A stretch of 60,563 nucleotides of DNA from a virus (taxonomy: Duplodnaviria; Caudoviricetes), in IMG/VR virus record IMGVR_UViG_3300032227_001790, positions 1 through 60,563 of that record; one strand, written 5' to 3'. The position numbers and the translations under genes are program-made. Under the pieces are notes generated by a model. It searched no databases and was not told the origin of the DNA. It saw only the letters and a program-made list of their open reading frames with translations. Shown piece by piece: positions 9,220-18,533 of this stretch (position 1 is the stretch's first letter; each line of letters starts with the position of its first letter).

Positions 9220-9717
9220 ATGGAAAGAAGATTCATTTTAACAGAAGAAGAAAAGAAAAATATTAGAAAACAATATTTTTTCGAACAATCTACAGAAAAA
9301 ACAGAAAAAAGATTTTGTCACAAAGGTAATACTAAGTCTTTAGAAGACATCATGGGTCCTGAAGATGCTGAAGATTATATTGAAGGTGTAAGATTGAGAA
9401 ATTCAGGTGTTCGTGGATTGACAGATACTCTCGAATTACTCAAAACAATTCATCTACACCCAAATATTTCGGACGGTGGAATGGATTTAGCTAACAAACT
9501 AGTCAGTAATCTTCAAACTTACAAACCTTACAACTATTTCGACGAAACTAAGAAAGAATGTAATAGAGCAATGGATAAAATCATTGAACTCTATAAAGAA
9601 AACGAACACGGTGAAGAATTAGTTAAAGATATTGAAAAAGTATATCAAATAAAAGATGTTTCAGACAGAGCGAAAGAATATATCAAACACGGACTAGCTA
9701 TCATAAAGGGTGAATAA
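9220..9717 (+). CDS. hypothetical protein with ILTEEEK...FFEQ leader
   Basis: ORF, leader motif. Confidence 0.75.
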   Translation: MERRFILTEEEKKNIRKQYFFEQSTEKTEKRFCHKGNTKSLEDIMGPEDAEDYIEGVRLRNSGVRGLTDTLELLKTIHLHPNISDGGMDLANKLVSNLQTYKPYNYFDETKKECNRAMDKIIELYKENEHGEELVKDIEKVYQIKDVSDRAKEYIKHGLAIIKGE

Positions 9718-9752
9718 TTGAATTCACCCTTTTTTATTTTTATTATTGTTCC

Positions 9753-10133
9753 GTGAGCACACAATCCCATATAGATAAAGTAAATTTAAAGCCGAATACT
9801 CTCCCATACCCACACCATGTAGGTGCGCCTAAGATAGAACCAGTCGATGTAACATTTTTCAAACAGAATGGCACTCGAAAAGTTAATAGAGTTCTACAGA
9901 GAAGGTATGATGAGTTGTTGCAAGAGGCAGAAACACTCCAAAATTCGTATTTAACCAATCGGGAGGTATATGACTCACATTACAAATTTGAACCCGTTAT
10001 TGGGGAGATATATCATTTATACGAGGAGTTGGATGGTATAAAGACACTCTCGTTGATTTCACCGAAAGAATGGGGAAAAAAACATTTGTATTCTGTTGTT
10101 TTAAATTCTGATTTAACATGGACAAAAGTTTGA
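9753..10133 (+). CDS. DUF2452-like protein
   Basis: LPYP..VGAPKI, FEPVIGEIYHLY, LSLISPKEW. Confidence 0.75.
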   Translation: MSTQSHIDKVNLKPNTLPYPHHVGAPKIEPVDVTFFKQNGTRKVNRVLQRRYDELLQEAETLQNSYLTNREVYDSHYKFEPVIGEIYHLYEELDGIKTLSLISPKEWGKKHLYSVVLNSDLTWTKV

Positions 10134-10360
10134 TGAAACTGGTTGTCAAAGTTTTAGAAATCAATTATGAAAATTTAACTATCGAGTCTTGTGAGAAGGT
10201 AAAAACCTTTGCCTATGATGAGAAATCAGAAAATTGGTTACCTGATGACTTTACTTTGTTTATTAAAGTAAAAAATAAAACCCACGACATATGGAACTCT
10301 ACTGATGTTGAACGTTGTTTATTCGAACATTTAGGGGTCACTTCAGTAATAACTGTGTGA
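10118..10360 (+). CDS. hypothetical protein
   Basis: ORF. Confidence 0.6.
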   Translation: MDKSLMKLVVKVLEINYENLTIESCEKVKTFAYDEKSENWLPDDFTLFIKVKNKTHDIWNSTDVERCLFEHLGVTSVITV

Positions 10361-10409
10361 TAATTTAATAAAAACTATCATATTTATTAGGTATATTAAA
10401 TTTAATTAA

Positions 10410-10709
10410 ATGGCAGATTCACCGATTTGGACGGTTTTTGTTACCGCAATAACAGTTTTAGGTTCCGCAAGTGCGTGGAGATATTGGGAAAGAAGGGCGA
10501 TGAAAAAAGAAAAGGATGAAGATTTCATGAAAAGTGATTGCAGAGATAGAATTTCTAAATTAGAAGCACTATTAGCTGAAAGTAGTAGAGAAAAAGATGA
10601 AATGAGAGAACTCATTTTATCTTTGACTGAGAAAGTTGCTGCATTGTCTGTTAAGGTTGAGTACTTACAAAAAGAAAACCATGACCTCCAAAATAGAATA
10701 GTAAATTAA
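10410..10709 (+). CDS. N-terminal TM plus coiled-coil protein
   Basis: TM, heptad-rich C-terminus; TATTTAT at 10381. Confidence 0.75.
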   Translation: MADSPIWTVFVTAITVLGSASAWRYWERRAMKKEKDEDFMKSDCRDRISKLEALLAESSREKDEMRELILSLTEKVAALSVKVEYLQKENHDLQNRIVN

Positions 10710-10713
10710 AATT

Positions 10714-11841
10714 ATGAAAAAGATTATAAGATTGAACGAAAATGATTTAGAATCAATTATAAAAAAGGTTCTTATTGAACAATCTAACATTACTGCAACA
10801 GCAGGACTCTCTATGGGGAATAAGGAAAACTTAAATCCCAAAAACCTTAAATTAGGTGATGGTGGAAATAGAAACCCAAAAAAAATAGAGGACGTTAAAA
10901 AATTGCAAAAAAGATTGATGGATTTGGGTTTTCTTAAAACAAAATCTATGGTTCCTACAGGATTCTTTGGTCAATTAACCAAAACTGCACTTGATAACTA
11001 TGAAAAGTCAGGTACGGTAAAAAAAGGAGAACAACTACCACAAAAGAAAGAACTACCGCAGACTAAAGAGTACAAATTAACACCTAGAATTGACCAAGAA
11101 TTAGACTTTATTAAAATGAGAGGTTTAGATGACAAACCATTTTTTATTTATGACCCACTCCAAAATTTAATTTTTCTTTTTAATGTTGGTGGAAAATTAG
11201 TTGCAAGTTCAAGTGTCGTGGATGGAGCTGACAAACAGAAGGATGCTAAACCTATGACATCTCAAGATTGGTGTAAGTTATCTGGTTTGGAGCATAGCCC
11301 TTATTTGTGTACTGACCCTAAGAACAAACAAAAAAAAGACCCTTATTATAGTGTTATTGCAAACATAGCACAAAGGTTTTTACCTAAGGGTATATATAGT
11401 ATAGGTAAATTATTCAGACATGAGGGTTATTCTGGTAAAGGATTAAATTCATTCAGTATGTATGATGATAAGGGTAATAGAATTGCAGCCGCAATACACG
11501 GAATACCAAATTTACCTGATAGATTGAAGGCGAGTGAAGATTTAGAAAATTTATTGAAAAGCGAATTATCGAGTGGAAAAGTACCTAAACAATATATAAA
11601 TAATATAAAGGCGATTGCAAACGCAAACAAAAGTTTTGGGTGTGTTGGTGTACCTGCAAAATTCATAGAAAATCCCCAAGTTCAATCATTGTCTCAAGGT
11701 GCAAGAGTTTTTGTAATGGGTGAATCAGGTAAGGGATTTTTAGTACAAAATGCGATAGAATATTTTGATAATTTATCTGGTGACGGGGAAAATTGTATCA
11801 ATCCAACGAGTTTAGCAAGTAAAATGTCAAATATGGCATAA
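10714..11841 (+). CDS. leader + peptidoglycan-binding domain + L,D-transpeptidase (YkuD)-like domain
   Basis: MKKIIRLNEND leader; VKKLQKRL...TGFFGQLT; IHG...SFGCV. Confidence 0.7.
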   Translation: MKKIIRLNENDLESIIKKVLIEQSNITATAGLSMGNKENLNPKNLKLGDGGNRNPKKIEDVKKLQKRLMDLGFLKTKSMVPTGFFGQLTKTALDNYEKSGTVKKGEQLPQKKELPQTKEYKLTPRIDQELDFIKMRGLDDKPFFIYDPLQNLIFLFNVGGKLVASSSVVDGADKQKDAKPMTSQDWCKLSGLEHSPYLCTDPKNKQKKDPYYSVIANIAQRFLPKGIYSIGKLFRHEGYSGKGLNSFSMYDDKGNRIAAAIHGIPNLPDRLKASEDLENLLKSELSSGKVPKQYINNIKAIANANKSFGCVGVPAKFIENPQVQSLSQGARVFVMGESGKGFLVQNAIEYFDNLSGDGENCINPTSLASKMSNMA

Positions 11842-11879
11842 TTTTTTTTATTTCAAAATAAAAAGACTATTTTTGTGGT

Positions 11880-12452
11880 ATGAAACTAATCATACCACTT
11901 TTTTTTGTCTTCATCTTCCTTTCACCCAAAAAAGAACAAAAAGTAATTTATATTCAACCGTTGGGTAATGTAGAAACCAAATATATAAATCACATTCAAA
12001 TTACATTAAAAAATTTCTACGGATACAATTGTGTAGTTCAAAAAAAACTTGATTTAACCGAAGATTTATTATCAAAGTCAAAAAAAAGATATGACGGATT
12101 GAAAATCCTTAAAAAATTTAGGTCTGATAAAAATATTATCATTATAACCGAGAAAGATATTACAACAAAAAAAGGGATTTACGATGAATGGGGAATATTA
12201 GGACTTGGATTTAGACCTGGTACCGTTTGTGTAGTTTCAACTTATAGAATGAGAAGAAATGTTAATGAACAAAAAATACTTGATAGACTAAAAAAGGTTT
12301 CAATTCATGAGGTTGGACATAACTTAGGATTAGACCACTGTAAAAATGATATTAAGTGTATGATGAACGATGCAAAAGGAACCATAAGTCAAATTGACAA
12401 AGAAGAGTTTTATTTTTGTAAAAAATGTAAAAATCAAATCAATATTAAGTAA
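11880..12452 (+). CDS. archaemetzincin-like (M54) zinc metalloprotease
   Basis: HEVGHNLGLDHC...CMM...FCKKC. Confidence 0.88.
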   Translation: MKLIIPLFFVFIFLSPKKEQKVIYIQPLGNVETKYINHIQITLKNFYGYNCVVQKKLDLTEDLLSKSKKRYDGLKILKKFRSDKNIIIITEKDITTKKGIYDEWGILGLGFRPGTVCVVSTYRMRRNVNEQKILDRLKKVSIHEVGHNLGLDHCKNDIKCMMNDAKGTISQIDKEEFYFCKKCKNQINIK

Positions 12453-12735
12453 CATCCCAACTTATCATAACTTTTATGTGTTGTTCAGGATAGATTGGGT
12501 CAATCGTTTCTCTGATTAACAAATCACACATTTCATTTTCCATAACTTCTTCCGAAATTACTTCACCAAGTTCTATTTTGACTTCAACTAATATTAAATT
12601 GTTTGATAACGAATAGGAAAGGTTTTTAACCTTAATTTTTGTCCCAATACCATAAAAAGAGTCTATTGTATCTTGGCAACTTTCTGCAAGATACCTATTC
12701 ATAATTTTGATTATACTTTTTTTATTGGACACCAA
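12445..12735 (-). CDS. hypothetical protein
   Basis: ORF. Confidence 0.6.
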   Translation of the reverse strand: MVSNKKSIIKIMNRYLAESCQDTIDSFYGIGTKIKVKNLSYSLSNNLILVEVKIELGEVISEEVMENEMCDLLIRETIDPIYPEQHIKVMISWDVT

Positions 12736-12769
12736 TGAAAATATAATCTACTATTAAATTAAAGGAACT

Positions 12770-12904
12770 TTATCTACCTTGTCCTCTATAATTCTTCTCA
12801 GAAGAGTCATGTTTGTTGTAAGATTTTTGGTGTTTACCTTTCTTTCTTTTTCCAAATGTTAGCTTTCTTGAGTCTCCACTTTTTGAACCTTTTGCTTTTG
12901 TCAT
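12770..12904 (-). CDS. small basic protein ending YRGQGR (44 aa, not in ORF track)
   Basis: MTKAKGSKSGDSRKLTFGKRKKGKHQKSYNKHDSSEKNYRGQGR*. Confidence 0.7.
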   Translation of the reverse strand: MTKAKGSKSGDSRKLTFGKRKKGKHQKSYNKHDSSEKNYRGQGR

Positions 12905-12944
12905 ATATTATGATTTGACAATAAATAGTGGTATATTTATTTAT

Positions 12945-13235
12945 ATGTTGTTGACAGAAGAAGATAAAAAAGAAATACGAGACAAATACAAAGATAATGT
13001 CTCTAAAGAGGTTCTTAATGCTTTGAAAAGAGGATATCCTGTAGAAAAAAGTCCTTGGAATGTTGGAAATTTTAATCCCAGCATGTTATCGGTAGGTGAT
13101 AAGTCTTATTGGATTGAAGGAAATAAGAAATATCTTGTTAGTAAACTATCATCTATTATGGAAGAACAGTTTCCTACTGTAGATGTTCCAACTTTGAGAA
13201 GAACTGTAAAATTTTATTTAGATTTAATGAAATAA
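12945..13235 (+). CDS. hypothetical protein with LLTEEDK leader
   Basis: TATTTAT upstream, leader motif. Confidence 0.7.
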   Translation: MLLTEEDKKEIRDKYKDNVSKEVLNALKRGYPVEKSPWNVGNFNPSMLSVGDKSYWIEGNKKYLVSKLSSIMEEQFPTVDVPTLRRTVKFYLDLMK

Positions 13236-13236
13236 A

Positions 13237-13268
13237 TTTGTCTGAATGACAAAGTTTATTTACCTTTG
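13237..13268 (+). promoter_or_regulatory. Bacteroidetes-type sigmaA promoter
   Basis: TTTG 13237-13240, 20-nt spacer, TACCTTTG 13261-13268. Confidence 0.75.
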
Positions 13269-13328
13269 TAAAGGATTTGAAACCCATAGGTGATGAAAGA
13301 TACTCAGGTAATTCAAATTCAGTTCTTT

Positions 13329-13404
13329 GGTAGCGGTAGCTCAGTCCCGGTAGAGCAACATCCTGAACAGATGTGTGCCAGAGGTTCGATTCCTCTCCCT
13401 ACCA
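13329..13404 (+). tRNA. tRNA-Phe(GAA), irregular acceptor stem
   Basis: D arm GCTC/GAGC, ACATC-CTGAACA-GATGT, T arm AGAGG-TTCGATT-CCTCT; one extra C in acceptor. Confidence 0.8.
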
Positions 13405-13488
13405 CAAAAAATGTTTTTGTGTCGTCTGTATAGAACCAATGACCTATAAAAGTAAACAGGAGGTCCCACAAAAAATTTTCAAAAAAGA

Positions 13489-13520
13489 TTTGTTTGTTTG
13501 TCGAAACTTACTTATCTTTG
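13489..13520 (+). promoter_or_regulatory. Bacteroidetes-type sigmaA promoter
   Basis: TTTG 13489-13492, 20 nt, TATCTTTG 13513-13520. Confidence 0.75.
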
Positions 13521-13525
13521 TAATG

Positions 13526-13800
13526 AAACAGGACAGCGGAATGTTTATTATAGGTGGTTCCCCATACTCACCTCACCCATATTCTTCTCCGCTTTATAAA
13601 TTAGAAACTAACGGTAATCAAAACAAGGGCAGTTTATGAGAATGGTCATCTCAGTCTTACTGTAAAAGACAAAACTCACCAAGTCTATTTTTTCACTATG
13701 GTTCGTTTTCACAGACTTAAAACAAGAAAACAGAAGTATGTCCTACTTCACGGGTTTCAGAGATTGACCCACCACAAAACAACTCAAAACTTGTCCTGAC
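13526..13800 (+). ncRNA. candidate ~270-nt multi-branched ncRNA
   Basis: Closing helix CAGGACA/TGTCCTG, at least 6 internal hairpins, own promoter and terminator. Confidence 0.65.
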
Positions 13801-13809
13801 GGGGACTTC

Positions 13810-13833
13810 GGGGAGACGACGGTCTCCCCTTTT
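13810..13833 (+). terminator. intrinsic terminator
   Basis: GGGAGAC-GACG-GTCTCCC then T-run. Confidence 0.8.
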
Positions 13834-13866
13834 TGTTATATTTATTGGTAAGTAAATTACCAATAT

Positions 13867-14127
13867 ATGAAAAAATTTTTTGAATCACTTTTCAGTGATG
13901 ACAACAACATCAATGAAAAAGCAGTAATCGGTTTCGGAGCATTTGTTATGATGGTTGTATTTGCAATTGCGGATATAATCACTGGAAGTATGGGAAAAGA
14001 ATTAATAATTCAAGAATTCATCTTCAATTCCTTCTTAATTATGACCTTGGGTTGTTTCGGAATTGCCTCTGTCGACAAGTACATGAACAAAAAGTTTGGA
14101 GACAAAGAAGAAGAAATTTCCGAGTAA
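13867..14127 (+). CDS. small two-TM membrane protein (holin-like)
   Basis: Two hydrophobic helices, charged C-terminus. Confidence 0.6.
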   Translation: MKKFFESLFSDDNNINEKAVIGFGAFVMMVVFAIADIITGSMGKELIIQEFIFNSFLIMTLGCFGIASVDKYMNKKFGDKEEEISE

Positions 14128-14182
14128 AATTAGTCCCCTCCTTCAAGAGGGGATTTTAATTTATTTTTGTATTTATAAAAAT

Positions 14183-15154
14183 ATGAATGTTATTGTATCA
14201 CAGGACCAAATAGAAAGGGTAATCCCAAACGAAGACATCGAATTTGTCAGGAAATATAGAGAGATGTATGGTAATTACCCAACATTTAGGGGGCTACAAC
14301 AGGGTAAACATACTGTTGGTGAAGTTCATCCTAATCACTCAAAAAAAGATTTGAAATGGAAAACTTATGTTGATGGTTTAGGTAAACTTTTCTCACTGAT
14401 TGTTATGATAGTTTCTAAAGGAAAAGGTGAAGAATTGGCAGATATTAAAAAGACCGGAAAAAGACTTCAGAGCTTAGATAAGAAACATCTTTTTGTTAGT
14501 AAGTTAGAAGCATTTACGTACAACATATTTCTTTTAGAAAATGTTGCACAAGAAATGGAATTGGAACCGAAAAAGTTCTTACGTACCTGTAATAAAATAC
14601 CTGATTTTCTTTGGGAAAATAAAAAGGTGGTTATCGAGGTTGCTGGTATGGAATCTGAAAAATATATCAACAAGTTAGAAGATGCTAAAAAATGTTTTTC
14701 AGATTTGGGTTATAATGTAATAACTTTGGATGCAAGAAAATTCGAAAGGGCTAATAAATTTATAGAATATTACCTCTATGTGTGTAATATTTTTGGTTTT
14801 AAACCTAAAAAAGAAGTTTTGGGTTCTCCATACAAATATTTGGGATTTACGCAATTGCAACGTCAAGATTTACAAAAGTATATCGATGACAATATTAACA
14901 AGTACAATGAACTTGATAGAAAAGGTCAGTACACACTAAACAAGTATGTTCAGGAACTTCATGGTATCAATGTCAGACAATATAAAAATAAAATAGGAAT
15001 TCCAAGATATTCAACCTCAGTTTCAAAACAAAAAATAATTGACTACAAAAAAGAAAATCCTACAATGTCCAATCAGGAAATAGCCGATTACTTTGGAGTT
15101 AGTAAAAATACAATACAAGTAGCAACTTCAGGTATGGTTGGTAGAAACAATTAA
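14183..15154 (+). CDS. PD-(D/E)XK-like endonuclease with C-terminal HTH
   Basis: IPDF...VVIEVAG; MSNQEIADYFGVSKNTI. Confidence 0.6.
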   Translation: MNVIVSQDQIERVIPNEDIEFVRKYREMYGNYPTFRGLQQGKHTVGEVHPNHSKKDLKWKTYVDGLGKLFSLIVMIVSKGKGEELADIKKTGKRLQSLDKKHLFVSKLEAFTYNIFLLENVAQEMELEPKKFLRTCNKIPDFLWENKKVVIEVAGMESEKYINKLEDAKKCFSDLGYNVITLDARKFERANKFIEYYLYVCNIFGFKPKKEVLGSPYKYLGFTQLQRQDLQKYIDDNINKYNELDRKGQYTLNKYVQELHGINVRQYKNKIGIPRYSTSVSKQKIIDYKKENPTMSNQEIADYFGVSKNTIQVATSGMVGRNN

Positions 15155-15171
15155 ATTTGTATTTATTCAAT

Positions 15172-16464
15172 ATGAAAAAAATTAGAAAACAAATAAAAAA
15201 GTTTTTAAACGAGATAGTTTCTGAAAAGAATGAAACAGAATTTAATTATGATTTATTCATAGAAAATATTTTAACTGAAGAAACTGAAAGGATTGATGTT
15301 GAGAAAAGATTGAAGAGTTATACTGGGGATATAAAAATTCTCGGTGATTTGCTCCAAAAACTCCAAAAAGGCGTATCTTTATCGGACGAAGAAATAGAGG
15401 TTGCAAAGAAAGAACTTGAAATACTTCAAAAACAAAAAAATACAATGACCAACACACCAAACATTTCTAAATTTATTAGGTCCAATAGAGATTTACAAAC
15501 AAAAGTTAAAAGTTTAGGGATAAAAACATATAAGGATTTAATAAGAACAGATAAAAAAATACTGTTAAATACTCTACTACAAAATACAAAGTTCCGAATA
15601 GATTCACCAAACGATAGTTGGTATCAAAGAAACATAGATGATTTAGAAATTCTTCGTAGTAGATTCAAATCTTCTGTTGGTAATATTAGATGGTCAGATG
15701 GGTCAATTTCCACATTTGATGAAAAAATAACCGAAATGATTGACAAATGTAAAAATAAAGATTTTTTTGGTATATTGGAAAAAGATGGGGATGAAGACGT
15801 TTGGAGTATCACGAACAAATTAGACACCAATTATAGTAATTGGGCTGAAATGATAGAAGATAAACAAAAAGAAGGTTTAATTTTTGGCTCAAATTATGAC
15901 GCTCTCATATTGGAATATTTCAAACAAAGACCAATTGATGAATCAATTACTGACAATGAATTGAGGGACAAAATAAAAGACATCAACAAAAAGAAAAATA
16001 TTCCAATCAATACTTTTAGTTTTGCAGAATCTGATATTATCGAGGCCTTCCAAGACGAATCAAGTCCAAAATTAAAAAACATATTCAATAGGTTATCAAG
16101 TACAACTAAAGAAGGTGATTATGTTGAAGAAAATTTCAAAAAATTAATTACTGGTTTTCCGAAATATGTTGAAGATTTACATGATTTTTCAAGTTGGGGT
16201 AATATTGTTGATATGGTTTTTGGTATCGACTTAATTGTAAAATTGAATGGAACTGAATATGCCGTTCAAGTTAAAAAAGACCAAAGACATGCCGAGAAGG
16301 CTTTCATAAGAAAATTGGGAATAAACTATGTTGTAATATATCCTTCAGGTAAAGGTAAGTATTACTTTGGTTATATTTCACCGAAACAACCAGGCGGAGA
16401 TTTTACAGAAGATTTTAGGAAACTCGTTCAACGAGAGAAGGAAGAAAATAAAAAAAGGGGATAA
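15172..16464 (+). CDS. hypothetical protein, possible C-terminal restriction-like nuclease fold
   Basis: GIDLIV...YAVQVKK (D...QxK); ILTEE leader. Confidence 0.55.
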   Translation: MKKIRKQIKKFLNEIVSEKNETEFNYDLFIENILTEETERIDVEKRLKSYTGDIKILGDLLQKLQKGVSLSDEEIEVAKKELEILQKQKNTMTNTPNISKFIRSNRDLQTKVKSLGIKTYKDLIRTDKKILLNTLLQNTKFRIDSPNDSWYQRNIDDLEILRSRFKSSVGNIRWSDGSISTFDEKITEMIDKCKNKDFFGILEKDGDEDVWSITNKLDTNYSNWAEMIEDKQKEGLIFGSNYDALILEYFKQRPIDESITDNELRDKIKDINKKKNIPINTFSFAESDIIEAFQDESSPKLKNIFNRLSSTTKEGDYVEENFKKLITGFPKYVEDLHDFSSWGNIVDMVFGIDLIVKLNGTEYAVQVKKDQRHAEKAFIRKLGINYVVIYPSGKGKYYFGYISPKQPGGDFTEDFRKLVQREKEENKKRG

Positions 16465-16478
16465 TTTCCCCCTTTTTT
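16449..16478. terminator. bidirectional terminator
   Basis: A-run GGGGA-TAATT-TCCCC T-run between convergent genes. Confidence 0.7.
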
Positions 16479-16855
16479 TAATAGTTTAACTTCTTCTCAA
16501 AATTATTCAAAAGAAATTTAATATTATCACTCCCAACAGGATTTGCAGAATGTATGTTCCATTTAGGTAATGGAATCCCATTAGTCCAACAATAATCACA
16601 TAACCACTTTGCGGCGTCATATCCAGTCTTTTCTTTAAACTCAACATTCAATGGGTCAGGTGGGTTATCATGTCCTCCATTATCAAAATAATATTTTGTG
16701 TGTTCTCTTGATAAATCGTGGTCAAATGAAACTTCATCAGGGGCACCATTCAGTTCGATATAGTTAATAAATTCATCGTAGCTGCGAACAATATCCCATC
16801 CCTCAGTTTTTGGAGTTCTTATGTCGTCTAAATATAACTTCTTTAATTGGTTCAT
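16478..16855 (-). CDS. cyclic-phosphate-processing receiver-like (cREC) protein
   Basis: LYLDDIRTP, VSFDHDL, TGYD, IHSANPVG. Confidence 0.8.
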   Translation of the reverse strand: MNQLKKLYLDDIRTPKTEGWDIVRSYDEFINYIELNGAPDEVSFDHDLSREHTKYYFDNGGHDNPPDPLNVEFKEKTGYDAAKWLCDYCWTNGIPLPKWNIHSANPVGSDNIKFLLNNFEKKLNY

Positions 16856-17057
16856 TTTTTTCTTTTTTTAATGATTCGTTACCAACTTCTTGGTAGGCGT
16901 CCCATAGTTGTCCTAAAGCGTACTCTAATTTAAATTTTATTTCTTTATTTTTTTTGGAGACAGGATGTTTTACACAATGTTCATCTAAAGTACACATTAG
17001 TACATGTAGTCTATCCATTAATTCCAAATAGTGACCATCATTTATTTTATTTTTCAT
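16803..17057 (-). CDS. hypothetical protein
   Basis: ORF; HYLELMDRLH motif. Confidence 0.65.
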   Translation of the reverse strand: MKNKINDGHYLELMDRLHVLMCTLDEHCVKHPVSKKNKEIKFKLEYALGQLWDAYQEVGNESLKKEKNEPIKEVIFRRHKNSKN

Positions 17058-17728
17058 GGGTAATCAATTTGTTTTGTTTCAACATCGAAATCAACAACTA
17101 TAGGTTTGTTATGATGTTGATATTGTTCGTCTAAAACTGAAGCGTTTAAGAATTCAACACCATTAAAATACTTTTGTCCATATGCACAATGGATATGACC
17201 GCAAACATGAATTTTTGGTTTGATTTCCATTATTTTATAAAATAAATCTTGACATCCGGCTTGAGTTCCATTTGGAAGCCAATCGAGCATTCCATGAGCT
17301 GGACCATGAGTAATTAATACATCAGTATCATTTGGTATTAAAGCCCACTTTTCAGCGAGTTTTTCCCCTCTTGGTAGGTTAAATGCCCAATTATAAAATT
17401 CTGGTTGCCATGGACTACCATAGAACTTAACACCATCAATTACAATCTCACTATCGAAAAGATAGTGAACGCCTTTTTCTTTGTATTCAGGTGCAATATC
17501 ATTATGGAGTTCGAAACCCCAATCATGATTACCTGCAATGAATATTTTGTGAGTAAACTCAGTATTTGAGAACCAATCCAAAAAGTTTTCGATTTCGTGA
17601 GTTTTACCCATACCTGTACAGTCACCGGCATGAACTAATACATCACCACTTCCAAGTATGTTATTATAAGCTTTGCTTGTAAGATGCTTGTGTTTGTTGT
17701 GGGTGTCGCTTATAAATGTAATTTTCAT
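17054..17728 (-). CDS. calcineurin-like metallophosphoesterase (MPPED-like)
   Basis: SDTH, HAGD, AGNHD, THGP, GHIH. Confidence 0.93.
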   Translation of the reverse strand: MKITFISDTHNKHKHLTSKAYNNILGSGDVLVHAGDCTGMGKTHEIENFLDWFSNTEFTHKIFIAGNHDWGFELHNDIAPEYKEKGVHYLFDSEIVIDGVKFYGSPWQPEFYNWAFNLPRGEKLAEKWALIPNDTDVLITHGPAHGMLDWLPNGTQAGCQDLFYKIMEIKPKIHVCGHIHCAYGQKYFNGVEFLNASVLDEQYQHHNKPIVVDFDVETKQIDYP

Positions 17729-17883
17729 AATATTTGTTCTTTATCTTGTTCATCAATATCCCAATTCAAAAAATCTTCTCCTTTGTAGTTAGGATGAAAC
17801 TTTTGCATGTAATCAATTCCTCCTAACCATAACCATGCAACAGTTCCACTGAGTGCTAAGATAAGTATAATAACTCCAATCAT
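17725..17883 (-). CDS. small membrane protein
   Basis: TM then GIDYM..HPNYKGEDF. Confidence 0.6.
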   Translation of the reverse strand: MIGVIILILALSGTVAWLWLGGIDYMQKFHPNYKGEDFLNWDIDEQDKEQIL

Positions 17884-17900
17884 AAAATGTTTTTTAATAA

Positions 17901-18533
17901 TTAGTCCCACCAATGTTTCATACCACTCCCGTCATACCATTCGAGCCACAAATTTCCCTTTTTTTTATCATCAGTGAGAGAATTGAATAATTTTCTATAT
18001 TCCTCTATGTCCTGACCCTTCAAAATTGTGAAAAGTTCAACCCATTCCTGAGCCTCAATTTCATCGGCTAATTTGTAAACTTTTCTGTTGTGTTCGTTTT
18101 CTTCTTGGTTATTGGTATCAATTAATTGGTATAGCTCGGGATTATCTTGAGCAGGTTCGAAGTTCCAATCAAAATGTTTTAATTCACCGAGTTCTTTTTC
18201 TGCCATTTCAATATACGAATCTGTACGAATGTTATCAATTAACCGAATAACTCGTTTCATTTTCTCCACTTTCTTCAACCTTGTTTCATCAATCTCATAT
18301 CCATGAAATTCAATTGTGTTAACAGTTTTTTCCAAGGTGCGAGCAAAGAATTGAAGATTAAAAGAATAATCCCACGACCTAAATTCCCAAAGTTGTTTCC
18401 TAAAAAACCATAGGTTTTTGAAGAACTGAGGGAGTTTGTATCTAAAAAATTCATAGAATTTGTAGATAGGATGTTTATGCCAAATCAATCTCTTCAAAGA
18501 CTTGTGAAAACTGTCCGCAAATTTTATTTCCAT
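17901..18533 (-). CDS. hypothetical protein
   Basis: ORF ending WWD. Confidence 0.75.
   Translation of the reverse strand: MEIKFADSFHKSLKRLIWHKHPIYKFYEFFRYKLPQFFKNLWFFRKQLWEFRSWDYSFNLQFFARTLEKTVNTIEFHGYEIDETRLKKVEKMKRVIRLIDNIRTDSYIEMAEKELGELKHFDWNFEPAQDNPELYQLIDTNNQEENEHNRKVYKLADEIEAQEWVELFTILKGQDIEEYRKLFNSLTDDKKKGNLWLEWYDGSGMKHWWD

Noticed and set aside
13373-13639. 88-aa ORF
   Set aside because: Overlaps tRNA-Phe, a promoter and the structured RNA; likely spurious.
13526-13800. tmRNA, RNase P RNA or group I intron identity for the long ncRNA
   Set aside because: No tRNA-like ends or T loop, no GAGGAAAGUCC; a TCAGAGA resemblance to the group I R element has no downstream S partner.
16478-16855. 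Second response regulator for the histidine kinase
   Set aside because: Motifs (DHDL, HSANPVG) fit the cyclic-phosphate-processing receiver-like family, and it lies with a phosphoesterase in another operon.
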